Source: Tubulanus polymorphus
Lineage: Eukaryota > Animalia > Nemertea
Length of the DNA stretch: 64,000 nt
Assembly: GCF_964204645.1 (NCBI RefSeq)
Contig: NW_027437442.1
Span: 61,001-125,000 of the forward strand
Direction of reading: 5' to 3'
Shown here: piece after piece, positions 12,351 to 27,047 of the stretch
Numbering within the stretch: the first letter of the stretch is position 1
Layout: each line of letters starts with the position of its first letter
Translations under genes and position numbers: made by a program
Notes under the pieces: generated by a model
Told to the model about the DNA's origin: nothing
Database searches by the model: none
Seen by the model: only the letters and a program-made list of their open reading frames with translations

Positions 12351-15300
12351 TTTTGTTTACATGCAATATGAATTTGCAGAATTTGACAGTTAATTTATTG
12401 AGTAGGTCATCCTTTTCCATTACTTCCTCAATTGGGAATGTACCCTGGTTTTTGAATATTTTTTAGCAGTGCTCGTTTTTGGTAACCAAATCTCACAACC
12501 ATATAGTAGGATGGGTGTTACCAAAGTGTCAAACAGCTTTAACGATACATTGGGTGGACAATCATTTTTTGAATACTGAACATGGCTCGGTTAGCCGATT
12601 TGAATAGATCTTCTCTAGCTTTGTTAAAACACCCTGATGCTGTAAATATAAGTCCTAGATATTTGTACTCTTTTACTAATTCATCATTAATTCCATTTAT
12701 ATAAAAATGTGTGTTAATTGGTATATGGCCTTTCTTATTAAAGATTATTGCCTTACTCTTTTCAATGTTTATTTCTAAATCCCATTTTTGACAGTATTCT
12801 GCAATTTTGTCAAGGCAGTTTTGAAGACCATGTTTAGAATTCGACACTAATACAAGATCGTCGGCATATAATAAATAATTTATCAGTATGTCGCCCAGTG
12901 GAACTGGGTCACAAGACTCATCGAATATAGACATAATATCGTTAATAAAAATGTTGAAAAGCATTGGACTCAGAGTGTTTCCTTGTTGTAACCCAATATT
13001 TGAGCTGAATTTGCTGGATGTTTGGTACTTGTTAAGTTTCAGCCTACAGGTGATATTCCGATACATACTCTCAATGATGCGAATGAAGTGATCTCCCAAT
13101 TCTAATTGTTTCAATTTGTATATAAGAGCGTGGTGCCAGACTGAGTCAAATGCTTTTCGGAAATCAATGAAACAGGTATAGAGTTTATTGGATGAGGATA
13201 GTTTCTTATCGACAAGTCTCTTTAGTGTGAACATATGATCTGTGGTCCTACTTTTGGGCATGAAACCAATCTGCTGAGGTGCAATCAAATTGTTTGATTT
13301 CAAGTACTTTGTTAGTCTGACATTCAGGATATGACAGAACACTTTACCGAGACAACTGCTTAAGGTTATTCCCCTATAGTTATCGGGCAATGATTTATCG
13401 CCCTTATTATAGAGAGGAGCAATCAGGCCTTCAGCCCATGAATCTGCATAGAAGCCGCTAGAATAAACGTAGTTAAATAATTTTGAAAGGGGCTTGACAA
13501 GATAGTATTTCCCGTACTTTAAAATTCCGTTGGTTAATCCATCAGGCCCTGGTGACTTGTTGTTCTTCAGGGCTGATAGAGCTTCCGAGATTTTTCTTTC
13601 CGTAATAAGAATGTCAAACTCAGTAAAAGTAGGAAAATCATTTTGCGATATGAAGCATCTTTTCTTGAAGCACCCGACTTTGCAGCTTTGGGATACTTCA
13701 GCTAGAATCATCATGTAGATAGATCAATTCAATTATTTCGATGCAAATCACTTGTTGGAGCATCAAACTTAACGGTTTTGAGATGCTTTAGAACTCGTTT
13801 ACAATGATTTCGATAGCCAGATACGTAATCAAAGTACTATAAAAGCAGCTATGCTTCAAAGCTTATCAGTCGAGACTATGAATCTGAACCATCTGAAGCA
13901 TTTCCTGCTTCAAATCTGAAGCTTATAGCTATACTATAGCTTTATCACTTTTGCTCGCTGACTTTGACAGCTCTTGAATATACTTAATAATTGCGGTTCC
14001 CATCTGTCACCGTTATCTTATATATTGCGCTTCACGCAATATTTGTATAGACATGCTTATTTAAACCTAAGATAAGGTTTAAGAAAATCTATAGATATCT
14101 TTCTGGGACCTGCACTAACGAAGTTTCCGGCATGGTAGTGTTACATGAAATTTTACCAACTGAATATATTCAGTTTATAAACAGCCAAATATTTTGGCTA
14201 CTGTATATATTCAACGTAGCGAGTCTGTTGTTTGTGAAGCTGGGCATATCTGAAGAAGGAACACGAGGAGAGGAAAGTTGCATCATCCAAGTTTATATTT
14301 TAATAAGTCTTATATAGTCTTATAGACTTATAAGATTTAGACTAGTTGTTGCAAGGTACCCTGCGAGTTGTACGGGGGACGATTTTGTGAGTGGAATGAG
14401 TCATGACTGAGCCCTAGATGGATAAGTAATTATGATGAAAGCCTCTGAACGCGTTCTATCAAGAGGCAGGGCTGAGGGTAGTTATTCTGGCCAGATAACC
14501 TGGAGTCATGGGGAGAGCAGGAGCGACAACAGTGGAGTTGACAAACCTTAGTATGATAGAAAATCCTCGAAGCTTTAGTATTTTTCTATGTATGAATCCT
14601 TTTTCCCGGGGACGCTGCAGTTAAGGGCAGCTCCTTCTTTGCTTCACTCCCCGAAGCAAGGCGACCCGGGACGGACCTCGTAGCGGATCAGGACCACGTT
14701 ACTACCACGTTACTACCCGTTTTCCGCTACACCTCCCACACGCGTAACTAAAGGAGCTGCCAGCTCGTGCCTTCGGCGCTAGCCGTGCGCTTATAATTAA
14801 TTACCTCATTTGTGATAAGCATGGCAAAGCTGTTTGTTGAAGTCAATTAATGTTTATTGAGTATATCCGTGGTTAATTTTGGTTTCAAAGTTGTCATGAG
14901 ATAGATGAAAACAAAAACAACTTTGTCAAAAACCGTTGCTTATTTCTAAATGCAAATTCCTTACTGAATTAATTGATGCATAAGATCAACCGATTGTTAA
15001 CAAAATTATGGATCAAAACGCGCACAAAAAGTTCATGCAACTGCCACCAGGGGACTTTGAAAGCACCAAATATTTGGTATCTTCAAAGCAATTTCGACTT
15101 GACTTGGTACATCAGTACCTTTTACGTGGTAAATCTTATGGATCCACATATCCAGCATATTGTTGACCACTAGGTGGCGCCTCTTCGAAATAGTCATTTG
15201 TTATGGACTGCTTAGAATGATTTCGGGGACATCTGTGTACGCTTCCCAGTCCGACATTTGAACAAGTCATCGCAGAATCCCGTTATCGCTGCTAAGCAGC

Positions 15301-16954
15301 TATATCTTCAATATTGTTTTTTTTATTTCTGCGTATCTTTTCAATTAAGCCTTTTAAAACATTCAACAAATTACATTATATGTGTAACAACACTAAATTA
15401 TTATATACGAGTTCTCCTTTTTAATTGAGATTTATATCCCATATTGGGCATCATTTTTATCAGTATGAAATAACCATTTCATACATCATATTCAATTTTA
15501 TATTATCTGACTTTTTGAATATCAAGTATTTAGTAAATCAAAACAGTCATACTCAAGCAGAGCTGACACGTCTTTGATTACAATACAACTCCGATAGAAA
15601 GTGACATCTGACTCGAGTGTGTTTTTATCTGAGTTAAAAGAAAATACTTCAACCAAAAGTCCGTCCATTAGTGGACAAAACTATTAGGCAAACTTTCACC
15701 CGTGTAAACACCTTGGTTTCTACCCACCAATCGGTTTCCTGGTCCAAGAAGGCGGAGCCAAAACCAAGAAGGTCCAGCAAAGACCGTTCTGCATCATTCT
15801 GGTTTTGGACTCTCAATAATAAAGAACGACTATTATATATCCTCGTGTTTTTGGTCTTCTTGGTCATTACAGGTAAGCAAACCGTGTAACTTGAGTTACT
15901 TATGAGATGAGAAAATTTGATGAAACTGACTACAAGTGGAAATAGTAACCTAGTTTAAGACATGGTGCCCTTTGATTAGATTCATCAATTGTACTATGAA
16001 TTAAGTACAAACTTTTGTGCTCGCGATAAAGATTCTCACTACGATTTCCAGATTTAAGTTATAATTTACTTTTTTCCTACTATAGTTACGCATGAATGAT
16101 TTCGAATATAAAGACTCGAGGTTGATGGGAAACCAAGAAACGACATCGGAAGGTAATTTTATAACTCATGAGAAAGAACCCTCTTGAACCTTCCCCGTGA
16201 AGGTTGTTTTCCAGAGACATCCTGGCAGAAAAACAACCTTCATTAGGACAGAGTAATATTATTAGCAAAGTAAGTGCAGAAAAGACTTACATGTACCATG
16301 ACTTATTATGAGAATTTGAAATCCCACCCCCATAGTTTGAATCTTAGTAATACACCTCCTCTATTTACTTTATTAAGGCCTGTTTCAGTCGACTGTAGAG
16401 GTGTTGGGTATAGGTGGGTTTGGGGTTTACTTTTGGCGTCGGGGATTATTTGTGAGATTATTTTACGAAGTAAGGGAAGGGAGTTGGAGCTGTGATCTGG
16501 TGGGCAGGACCAATGTTGTTTCCCCCCAATACCATTAACAGCAGAGCTGAGAACACTGATCAGTGTAAATATCATACAATTTAGCTCTAGGCAACACGAA
16601 AAGAAAACCATGTTTCTCGGGCCGACCGTATACGTAGCCGACAAAAGCTCCGTATGCTCGTGTTTTGTTCTTATTTTGTATCAATTCGGCACTGAGATCG
16701 ACATCGAAGTATTTTATTACATCGGATTCAACTATTTGACTCTGGAAATGGTACAGCTGTGTTAGAATTGATGGGACCTTGGATTGAAAATTCCTGGAAG
16801 GAATTTCTGCACCGCCGAACCACTTGCCAATTGCTTAACGGGAAATTTAGTCCTGCAAAATATTATTTACGGTACCTAACCGTCATGGGGAATCCTCGTT
16901 TTTCAATAATAAGTGAACCCATCGGGGTCAACATCTGCAGATACCTGTTTCGAT

Positions 16955-17932
16955 TCATCTCCTGAATACATCGTTTAAAGATTTTCGAAACTTTGAACTC
17001 GCAATGCAATAAAGAAAGAAATTAGCGCACGAGTCAAGCTGAGAAAAAAGATGTCCGCTCAAGTTGAAATAAACGGGTTGTTTCATGTATTGTAAAATAC
17101 GATTTATACCGATAGGAGCTTCCAAAATCAGATATGAACCTACAGACATTAGTGCTAAGGCCGTGGTCTGTATGTCGTGTTTCGCATTTTGATTAGTGGT
17201 GAATGCGGATCTCCTCTTGGTCGATATAACCAAACTTCTTATCAGAGCTGCATTCGTAAAACAAAGAATTAAAAACGGGAGGCAAATGATGGTACTAAAG
17301 TTTACAAGATTGCTGTATGTCGGTCCGCCGTAATTGACTCGGCGCATCGTTCTTGCAAATATCGGGCAAGTGTTGAATACAAGGATAACACGATGGAGTC
17401 GCCAACGATAACCTTGAACAGCAGCGCTGATCAGCAATAGGCACATCACTATTATATTGCATTTGCGCTGTGTAAAGAATACACGAGCCCACAACGGGAA
17501 TGATAATTGAATCAATCGCTCAACACTAATCAGAATAATGACCGAGTTCCGATGCATCTTCGCTGTGTGGTGGAGTGCGTCTCCGTACACATTAAATGCC
17601 GCTGACGCTCCGAAAAAATAACTCAAATATCGGAACTTGGCCAAGCCGTACGTCCACAATGATACGTATTCCTTCAAGGAGGTGAAGCAGAATAATGCGA
17701 CCAGATAAATCGAATCAACAATCGCTAATATTCTGAGCAAGTGGTACGTGTTCACGCGGGACGACTTCATACGCGTTAACGCAATGAAACTTATTGCGTT
17801 GAATACGACGCCCGAAACGCAGACGACAGTTGCAATATGCCCTTGGATCAGCAGCCGATCCAACATTTTCTTCTGAAATGTCGGCTGCAGACATACATGG
17901 TGGGTATCTACCGAAACGTTGGCGCTCGCCAT
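16955..17932 (-). CDS. Intronless rhodopsin-family (class A) GPCR, FMRFamide-receptor/Srw chemoreceptor-like
   Basis: 325 aa with seven hydrophobic segments; LAIVD in TM2, SVERL at the DRY position, CLPF in TM5, EAP in TM6, NFFLYC..S.KFR at TM7/helix 8. Confidence 0.9.
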   Translation of the reverse strand: MASANVSVDTHHVCLQPTFQKKMLDRLLIQGHIATVVCVSGVVFNAISFIALTRMKSSRVNTYHLLRILAIVDSIYLVALFCFTSLKEYVSLWTYGLAKFRYLSYFFGASAAFNVYGDALHHTAKMHRNSVIILISVERLIQLSFPLWARVFFTQRKCNIIVMCLLLISAAVQGYRWRLHRVILVFNTCPIFARTMRRVNYGGPTYSNLVNFSTIICLPFLILCFTNAALIRSLVISTKRRSAFTTNQNAKHDIQTTALALMSVGSYLILEAPIGINRILQYMKQPVYFNLSGHLFSQLDSCANFFLYCIASSKFRKSLNDVFRR

Positions 17933-18838
17933 AGTTTCCTGGCTTTAATCACGGTAAACCTAGACTGATTCAGCATCAGTCATATTGACAATAACAGAGT
18001 TGTAAAAGTCGACGTGCTGGAAGTATTGATCAAACAATATCTGTACACATGTCATCATACGGCGACCATAACCGGTTATTTATATAAATATACTATATAA
18101 TAAAGTGATGCGTGTGGTATGGACCATTAAGATGAACTAAAATTATCAAACCTAAATCATCATAAACGATCCCTATGTGAGCTGAAAGAAATTTTCCGTT
18201 TTCGCTTAATATATCGGTACGTACATATATTACATACATGATTCTATTATCATGTATTGGTGTGGTCGCGGCTAATGGCACGCATGGGGACTGGTCTAAC
18301 CAAATTACGTTTTTCATAATTGGGATCCGACGAAAGGAAAACATTAATGATAATTTCAGGTCCTGCCTACCCAACTGCATCTTCCAAAAGCGTATTACTG
18401 GTGCCGAACGGAAAAATAGCCAGGGAAATATGACCATGGAACAATGTCTTAGATACTTACCTAGGTAAAATGGCCAAGGAAAAAGGCAAGTGGGCATGTA
18501 TTGGAATAAAGTCGTGATATCCGCTCAATCCGGATGGGTTTAATTAGTGCGTGTTTTATTTGTTTACTCTACACTGAAGTTAATATCAATTCACTATAGT
18601 TATAGTCATATAATATAACATCATTTATTAACGTCAGACCCTTCACCCAAAGGTGAAACTAGCAATGGTCTACATGTGATATGAACCACCGCAGATCAAA
18701 AGAAGAGGGCCAGATTGACGGATACAAGTAATAGGGAAAGTGCTTTTTCAGATCAAAGGTCGAAAGGCCGTGCTCATGAAAAAATAAAAATTAATTCTCA
18801 CACAATCGATTTTATTTTTATTTCTTACTCACTCAACC

Positions 18839-18877
<39 letters not shown>

Positions 18878-19316
18878 CGTTATTATAAAAGAATATCATA
18901 TATATATATGAAAATCAATATAAAAAATATGTATAATAAATGTAGAGTAAACAAACACACAGTGAATTCTTAAAAAGAATTAAAGATACTACAAATGTCA
19001 AATCTGTAGATTATAAATTTAAAAAGTTAAAACAATTTACGTTACATAAGAAATATTCAATTACAAATATTGAAACAATACTAATAGATATGGTAATAAA
19101 TTAGTTATTCACTTAGAATATATGAAGGATTGAAAGGAAATAAATATACATTCAGAACATATTTACCAGATAGATTTCATAGATTAGTGAAGATATTGAA
19201 GAATTATATTCAGGTGATTTCATATATAAATGTAAGAATAAAAAGGATGTCATGATATAGATTTCGAATAATATAAAATTTTTTGATAAGATTTTAATAA
19301 AACATTTATATAATAA

Positions 19317-21676
19317 ATGGAAGCAAATAAGAAGTACTACTGTCCAACATGTAAAATCAATATAGATAAATCTTAAAAAGCAAGACATAATAATGCTAAA
19401 TCTCACTTAGAGAATAAATTGAAATTAGAAAGATAGATGATATATTAGAAACAAAATTAGATGAATTAAAGAATGAAAAAGAAAAATATAATTGTCATAC
19501 ATGTAATCAATCATTCAGTAACAAAAGATATTATGAACAACATTTAAAATCTAAATATCATATTAGAAATATTAATAATGATATTTTAGGTGAAGGTTAT
19601 TTTGATAAAGATATTAATAAGAATCAAAACATAATTAAAAGAATAAAAAATAAATTAAACAATCAAGACCATATATGGAAGATGTTAGAAATTATATTTA
19701 TTCATTAGATGATAAAAAAGATATTGAAATAACCGAAGCATTTAAAAGTTATATCGGACCAGCTGCTATTGAATTTAAATTTCATATAGGTAAAACATTA
19801 GAAGAAAATTAAAAAAAAACATTTTGAAAATATAAAAAATATTATAAGAATAATAACAGACGTAGAATAACCTAAAATTAGTGTATTTGCTAAAGTTAAA
19901 TTTATAAAATCTGAAGATAAACCAATTATAATATGAATTCTCATTCACAACATATTATTTCAAAACAACATATCAAAGATGATAGATTAAATAATTGTAA
20001 TAATGAAATAAAAAATAAAATAGAAGAGAAATATTTTGAAGGATCTGGTTTGATATTTGATGAAATAATATTTATGACTTTATTTATAAATGCAAGTTAT
20101 GTTAAACTACCATTTAACACTAATGCTGTTATAAATAATTTGTCATTAATTGGTCAATATTTGTATAGTATCAAATTATAAACAATTTGAAAATAATTGT
20201 AAGATAGATAATTATCCTGATAAAATCAAATATTCCAAATATAGAAAAAAACAATAATCTAAAAATAAATGTATTTGATTTAATTAAATTACCAATTACA
20301 ATAGGTGATAATATCAAACATTAAACATTAGAACCTTAAAACAAACATTATACATTAGAACCTTTGTATTTATCAAAAGATCATGATTCAAATGGTGTTA
20401 TAGACATATTATATTATGAGAATCATTTTATGTGGATAAATCAAATTGATTTATTTTTTAAATCAGAAAATGATTATATTCGTAAAATATATCTATGTAG
20501 AAAATGCATTCTAAATTCAGTAATGAAAGTGCATTATTAAATCATAAACAATTATGTATGTGATAATCATGATTATTGTAAATTAATTTTACCAAATGAA
20601 AAAGATAAGATATTGGAATTCAAAAAATATGATTACAAGTATAAAGTACCATTTGTAATATATGGAGATTTTGAATCTTTAAATAAAGAATTAACTGACC
20701 AAGATAGAAAAGAGATATATTATAAAAGAAAGAAATTAAATTCTGGTGTAAATGATTATTCAGAACCACCAATAACAAATACTATTTAAAAAATTCATCA
20801 AAGTGCTGGAGCTTTTGGATTATATATAAAATCTGATTATCAAGAACTAATTAAAAGTGAATATTATGATTATAGAAATTAAAATGTTATCAATTATTTT
20901 TGTGACTTATTAATTGAATATGAAATGAAATTCAATGAATTATTAGATACAAATAAAGAAATTTTACTGACAGAACAAGATAAAGAAGAATTTGATTTTG
21001 CAGATAAATGTTATCATTGTGAAAACTATTTAATCTAAAAGATACGAAAGTAAAATATCATGATCATTTAAATGTTAAATTTAGAGGTGCAGCACATGAG
21101 AATTGTAACTTACAAGCTAAGAAAATCAATTTTGTTCCAGTTATATTTCATAATTTATCAGGATATGATGCACATTTATTCATTAAACAACTATGTAATA
21201 AAATCAAAGAAATCAATAATGAAACAGAAAGATTAAATTCAAATAGATCAAAAGATGTTGCTAAAATACCAACTTATAAATTTAAAATGTTAGCTAAAAC
21301 ATCTGAGAATTATATATCTTTTCAATTCGGTGGTTTGAGATTTATAAACTCATATAGATTTTTAAGTAGTTCATTAGATAATTTATAAAAATCATTAGTT
21401 GATGATGAATTAAAAATATTGAAACAACATTATCCAAATAATGATGACTTACAATTAATGAGATACAAGGCGCGATTCCATATTCATTTTATAAAAATCA
21501 TAATCATTTCAATATAACTGAATTTTTGAGAAAGATTTTTTCAAACTAATGAATAATGCATTCTATGGTAAGACTTGTGAAAATATTAAAAATAGAAATG
21601 ATATTGATTTAGTTAGTAATGGTAAAAGAATTAGACATTTACAAACATATCCTAAATTTATTGGTAACAGAATATT
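19317..21676 (+). pseudogene. pPolB pseudogene of copy A (internally deleted, truncated)
   Basis: Starts MEANKKYYCPTC like copy B. FVIYGDFES, FHNLSGYDAHLFIK and FKLMNNAFYGKTCEN are readable, with many stops. Confidence 0.9.
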
Positions 21677-22884
21677 TCGTCTATATAATAAGTCTAACAA
21701 ACTAGATTTACAGTTATAGATAGATCAGTTAGGTAAAGCAATGTAATTTGTTGAGAAATGGAATAGTGACCCACAGAATGAGCCGTATACTGAGTCTTTA
21801 TTAAGCGCTTAGAAAACCGGCAACTCACGATGTCAAACTGCCTGTATATAGTTATTCATAAAACTACATAGCTCTAGTTTGAATATAAAACATCTGTCAT
21901 ACAATTGCTCACATATTACTCAAATTGATTGATCAAACAGATGTTACCATTCAACGTTTCATTGAATAGCAAGCAGTTAGATATAAGCATGCAATGCATA
22001 CGCACAGGATATTTCTCTCTTGTAATACAATTCGGAGTTTTCGGTTCCAGCTATAAATATAAGTACCGTTTTTGTTGTTATTAAGAAGTCGGGATAGGGG
22101 TTACTTAATGAGAAACCTTTAAATATGTTTTAAGTGTATTAATCTATATTTGGCAACTACAACTTCAAGTTAATTCTATTAGACGTTTATCACCAGAAAG
22201 AGAAGATGTAGAATCAGAAATTATGAATGATACATCTAATGAGACTGTAGCTGTTTTGTCATACTGTAGAGATTTTCGATGTATGATATTTGCAGGAATT
22301 GCAGTTTCGATTGAGATATTAAATCCTAATTCAAATAGAAAGTATTAAAAATTACATATCATTAACTAGCTATTGAATTCTATTATATTTTTAATATATT
22401 CTTATTCAATTCTAATTAACACTAGATTAAATAGATTTTGATAAGAATTGAATAAAAATTACATAACTTCAAATAGATATTCAAATCTAATATTTCTAAT
22501 ATTTCTAATAATAACATATCAAGAACTAGATGCTGTGGAACCAGATAAAGAAATGAAAGATTTTTAAATATATGGAGAAGCTAGATTTGTCCGAATAAAT
22601 GATACTATTAGTGATAGAATAGTTAAATGTTATTCTAAGTTATGCAACCGGATAATACCAATCGATGATGAAAATAAATTATATACTGATTTAAAAAATG
22701 ATTACTTAGTTATGACAGGATTGCAAAAATGGGTTGGGTTTGCTTCATTCCAATTAGATGGAATAATGACATTAATTTCTACTGGTGTAATAAAATTTTC
22801 TAAAATCAAAACTATAGAATAAAAAGATAAAAAATCAGATAATATCGAAACAGATATTGAATCAGAACAAAAATTAACTAAAAC

Positions 22885-23920
22885 AAGGCAGTTCGATACT
22901 ACGTATCTATGTCCCCCGCGATTGCCAGTAGGGAATGAATGACCCCTGAAGACACTGATCTTTGGTATAGAAAAATGATGAGTGTATCCAGGGATAACCA
23001 TACTATGAAATATCATTTTCCTTCTATGAATGGTTATTTAACAATTGAGTTTACAGGGTTTTAGGCAAAAGACGTCTACCAACCTTGACCTTTGACCCTA
23101 GAACTCCAAAATCACTAATGCACATCCTCTCCCCAGGGGTAATCATATGAAATAGCATTGTTCTGTTATCAATGGTTCTTCTTGAATCGTATTTACAAGG
23201 TTTCACAGAAATGATATCTATGTGACCTTGACCTTTCCCCCAAAATCAATAGGGCTCATCCTCTCCCTAGGGGTAATCATGCGATGTAATATCATTGTAT
23301 TGCTATCAACAGTTCTTTCTGAATCACATTCACGACACAAGGTTTCACATGAATGACATGAAGTGACCTTGACCTTTGATCCTTGGAGCCCAGAATTAAT
23401 TGGGCACATCCTCTACATAGGGGTAATCATAGTACGTATCATGGTCCTGCTATCAACGGTTCTTCTTGAATGACGTTCACAGGGTTTCACATGAATGACA
23501 TGTAGTGACCTTGGCCTTTGGTTCACAAGCTTTCACATGAATGACATGTAGTGACCTTGACCTTTGGTTCACAAGCTTTCACTTGAATGACCTGTAGTGA
23601 CCATGACCTTTGGTGCTTGGACCCCAAAATCAATAGGGCACATCCTCTCCCTAGGGGTAATCATACTACGTAATATCATGGTCCTGCTATCGAGAGTTCT
23701 TCTTGAATCACGTTCACAAGGTTTTACATGAACGACCTTTAGTGACCTTGACCTTTGATCCATGGACCCAAGAATCAATAGGGCACATCCTCTCACTAGG
23801 GGTAATCATACTGTGTAATATCATAGTCCTGCGATCTACGGTTCTTCTGGAATCGCGTTCACAAGTGGGCAAACGGAGGCGGATACAAAGTCCCCGCTCG
23901 CGGCCTGCGCGGGGGACAAT
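22885..23920 (-). mobile_element. Non-autonomous Helentron-like element with internal ~140-bp tandem repeats (gtgaccttgacctttg core)
   Basis: Cleanly interrupts aaattaactaaaa|ataaatgagtgatg, which is contiguous in copy B (34133-34158). Matching tgtcccccgcg / cgcgggggaca sub-TIRs. Confidence 0.8.
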
Positions 23921-24286
23921 AAATGAGTGATGATATTAAGAAAAAGCCTAGATCTGAAAAACAAATTGAATGGGCAAAGGAATTAGGTAAAAGATCTTCT
24001 GAATTAAAAAGAGAAAAGAAATTAAAGAAATTAACTGATGTAATTGAATCACAGAAATTATCTGATATTAATTCAAATGATAATCCATCTAATTCTTCTA
24101 AAACTGGAAGAAATAATATCTAATATTACAATTGGATTAATCACAGTAATTATATTCACTGGTGTAATATGTAAATTCAAATTTATTAATAATGATGATG
24201 ATGATAAACCAATTATACCAGAAAATAAATCAAATGACAAAATCATTGAAAATAAATCTAAATCATTAATAATGGATTGAAATAAG

Positions 24287-27047
24287 ATGAAAAAAGAACA
24301 ATATTTAAGAGAATTATATAATAACCCAGAGAGTGAAGTATCATATTCTTGGTTTCAGAATTATGGGATGAAATAAAATCTGGCAATGAAAATATAAAAT
24401 ATAGTGAACTAAAATTATGGTTATAAAATCAACCAACATATCAAATCCATAAGAAAATGGATAAAAATTATTTAACAAGAAAAGTTTTAGTTTCATATGT
24501 TGATCAACAATGGCAAGCAGATTTAATTGACATGAAAAACTTGGAAGAATACAATAAAGGATATTTTTGGAATCTATCCCAGATAAGATACAATTTGATG
24601 AGGGTAAAGAATTTTATAATAAACATTTTTAAAAATCATGCACTGATAACGATGTAGAATATTTTTCAACACACTCAGATAAAAAAGCATCTATCATAGA
24701 AAGATTTAATAAAACATTGAAATCTAGAATGTGGAAGTATTTTACTGCTAATGAAACATATAAATATATCGATGTATTAGATGATTTAGTGAAAGGTTAT
24801 AATAATTCTAAACATTCAAGTATTGGTATGAAACTTATACAAGCTAGAAAAGATGATAATTCAGTTCGGAATAATTTATATGGAGCGTTTGTTACACATG
24901 ATTTTTGAGAACCTAAATTTAAAATTGGACAACATGTTAGAATATCTAAATATCGAAAAACATTTTTCAAAGGTGTTAGAAAAATGTACCGATTTTTTAT
25001 TTTTAGACTACTACTGAATCTATATAAGGAGGAGTCATAGACAAAGTTGATTTGCTTAGCTGGAGACACTTCTTGTCAAGTACATCATCTCAAGTACTGG
25101 GTGTTTTGTAAGTTTAATTTCATTATTTATTTACAAAGTGCTGTTCCCTCGGACCTCAGTGCTTTCAAACTAGGCCCCACATAGGCTATATAGTCCAGGG
25201 TGTATTAGCCACTATTCTTTTATTTCCTACTTAAATGCACCTTTTTCTATTTTTAGACTCGGGCTTAGAATGTGCACATTTTTTGAGATACTGAGAAATC
25301 AGCTGGCACCAGTAAACTTCAACTGCGAAATTTGCAGCAGGATAGCTGAACGACACAATTTTTTAAAAATAAAATGGCTATTCGAATGCTCTTTCAATAA
25401 TAACTTGATTCAACCAGATAAAAATAAGTCAATTGCCGATGTACAGTCCACCCACGTTTCTTCCCTGTTATCCTGGTACCAAATTTCTAGTCTTAAGCTA
25501 AGCGATATTCTAAGGTATGCTAGTGGATTTCATTAGGATATGAAGCAATGGAATCAGAATTCTAGCCCGAGTTAAGCGAACTATTGATTCTGATATAATG
25601 TAAGAACTGATTTCCTTTGTATACTCTTGCACAATGTGTTATGTTTTATTTCAAGCTGTTAAATAGTATAGTTAGACAAACGTCCAATTATTGGGTCTTT
25701 CTTGTTGACTCGTTTAATTTTGTGAGTTCAGAGTTCCAGTCAATCCACAATGTGCAGTGCCTAGCCTTCATCTACACTAAAGCCAAGCCTGTGTATGGGA
25801 AAATGTTGTTCGACTCCTATAAGCCAGACAAATTAAAGCATGCAATACATTGCAGATAGTAGTCTCCAGCAAGTCGAAAGAGAAAGTAATCCAGGTTTTA
25901 CCCCGTAGCCTAACCGGGAACAAAGACACTTAAAGACTCCTTCCTCCTTGTAGAAATTGTAGAAATATGGCACCCAATCGTAGCAATGCTAAGTACAGTA
26001 TACTATGACGGTTAAACCTTTATTAACGAATTTCAATGGCACCGAAAATAGAATCAAAATAATCATAAGTTCCATGCTAGCTCTTAATTTGGGTTATCAG
26101 GTTCAGCCTAACTGTACTTTCATTCAGCTACTCCTTGTATGAGACTTGGCAATGATAAGTTGCTAGAAATCACCAAACATAAGAAAAAGAATTGTGAATC
26201 AATATTACTGTAATTAAGAATTTAATCAAATGAAGTGATAACTTCATTGTTAGATCGTACCGGTATATGCACATAAAACTATGGTAAAAACACATCTGAC
26301 AACCCACGCAATCCGCAATCGATCAAGTCGAACATGGCGACGTTCTAAGGCATGTCTCTGTAACCGAAGGTAGAGCATAAAACACGAAAGAGGATTCGGC
26401 AGCGGACACCGGCCCGGAAAATATTTCAAAACGTGTATCGTCGGTACCTAGCACGATTTCAGCGTTTTTCGGGAATTCCCTGAAATTTCGGCGTTTTTCG
26501 GAAATTCCCTGAAATTTCAGCGTTTTTATTTCAGCGTTTCAGCTTTTCAGTGTTTCAGCTTTTTCAACGAAGTTCAGGAACCGTAAGAAATATTCTCTGG
26601 TGAAATCTAACGGGTTTGATGATAAATTTAATGAATGGATATTATCTAGTAAAATTAAAAGATAATTAGATAATTGTATTAAAATAGCAATTGATATTTA
26701 TAAAGGATCAAATACATTATTTATCATAGATGATAGTGCTAATTTACATGATTCAAAAATTAGAGAAAGTGAACTATGTTATCTAGCTTTCTCTGGGAGA
26801 CATTTTGGGATAACAACGTGGGTTTTAAATCAAAAATATAAATCAATGGTGAAAGATTTTAGAGAGAATATAAATTTTTAGTTTTATTCTACACTAAAGA
26901 TAGAAAATCTATGCAAAAATCATTAGAAGAAAATCAAATTATACCTACTGAATTACATGATGAATATATGAAAAAATTAAAAAGGAATAAAGGTTCCAAA
27001 TTATTACTGAGACTACAATTTCCCAATGAATATAAATTTATAAAATA
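24287..27047 (+). pseudogene. Integrase and packaging-ATPase remnants of copy A, interrupted by an unrelated ~1.6-kb insert (about 24972-26583)
   Basis: QQWQADLIDM, IERFNKTLK and VRISKYRK, then KFNEWILSSKIK and FIIDDSANLHD...LAFSGRHFG, matching 39003-40718. Confidence 0.85.

Larger units (their letters stand above)
9938..13714 (-). mobile_element. 5'-truncated CR1/L2-group LINE (reverse transcriptase), split by a non-autonomous Helentron
   Basis: ORF 12539-13714 has KSPGPDG, NYRGITL, QIGF, FIDFRKAFDSV, GLQQGNTLSP, LLYADD, YKYLG. The C-terminus (9938-10543) has KLRLSAHKLMIEKGRY and CxxC...EDEFHF...C. The reading (CKFILHVNK...TNLTVLGELGR) resumes across 12350/10635. Confidence 0.92.

Noticed and set aside
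18721-18726. TSD and right terminus for copy A
   Set aside because: No matching ...attact-gataca end was found in the window, so the right boundary is left approximate.
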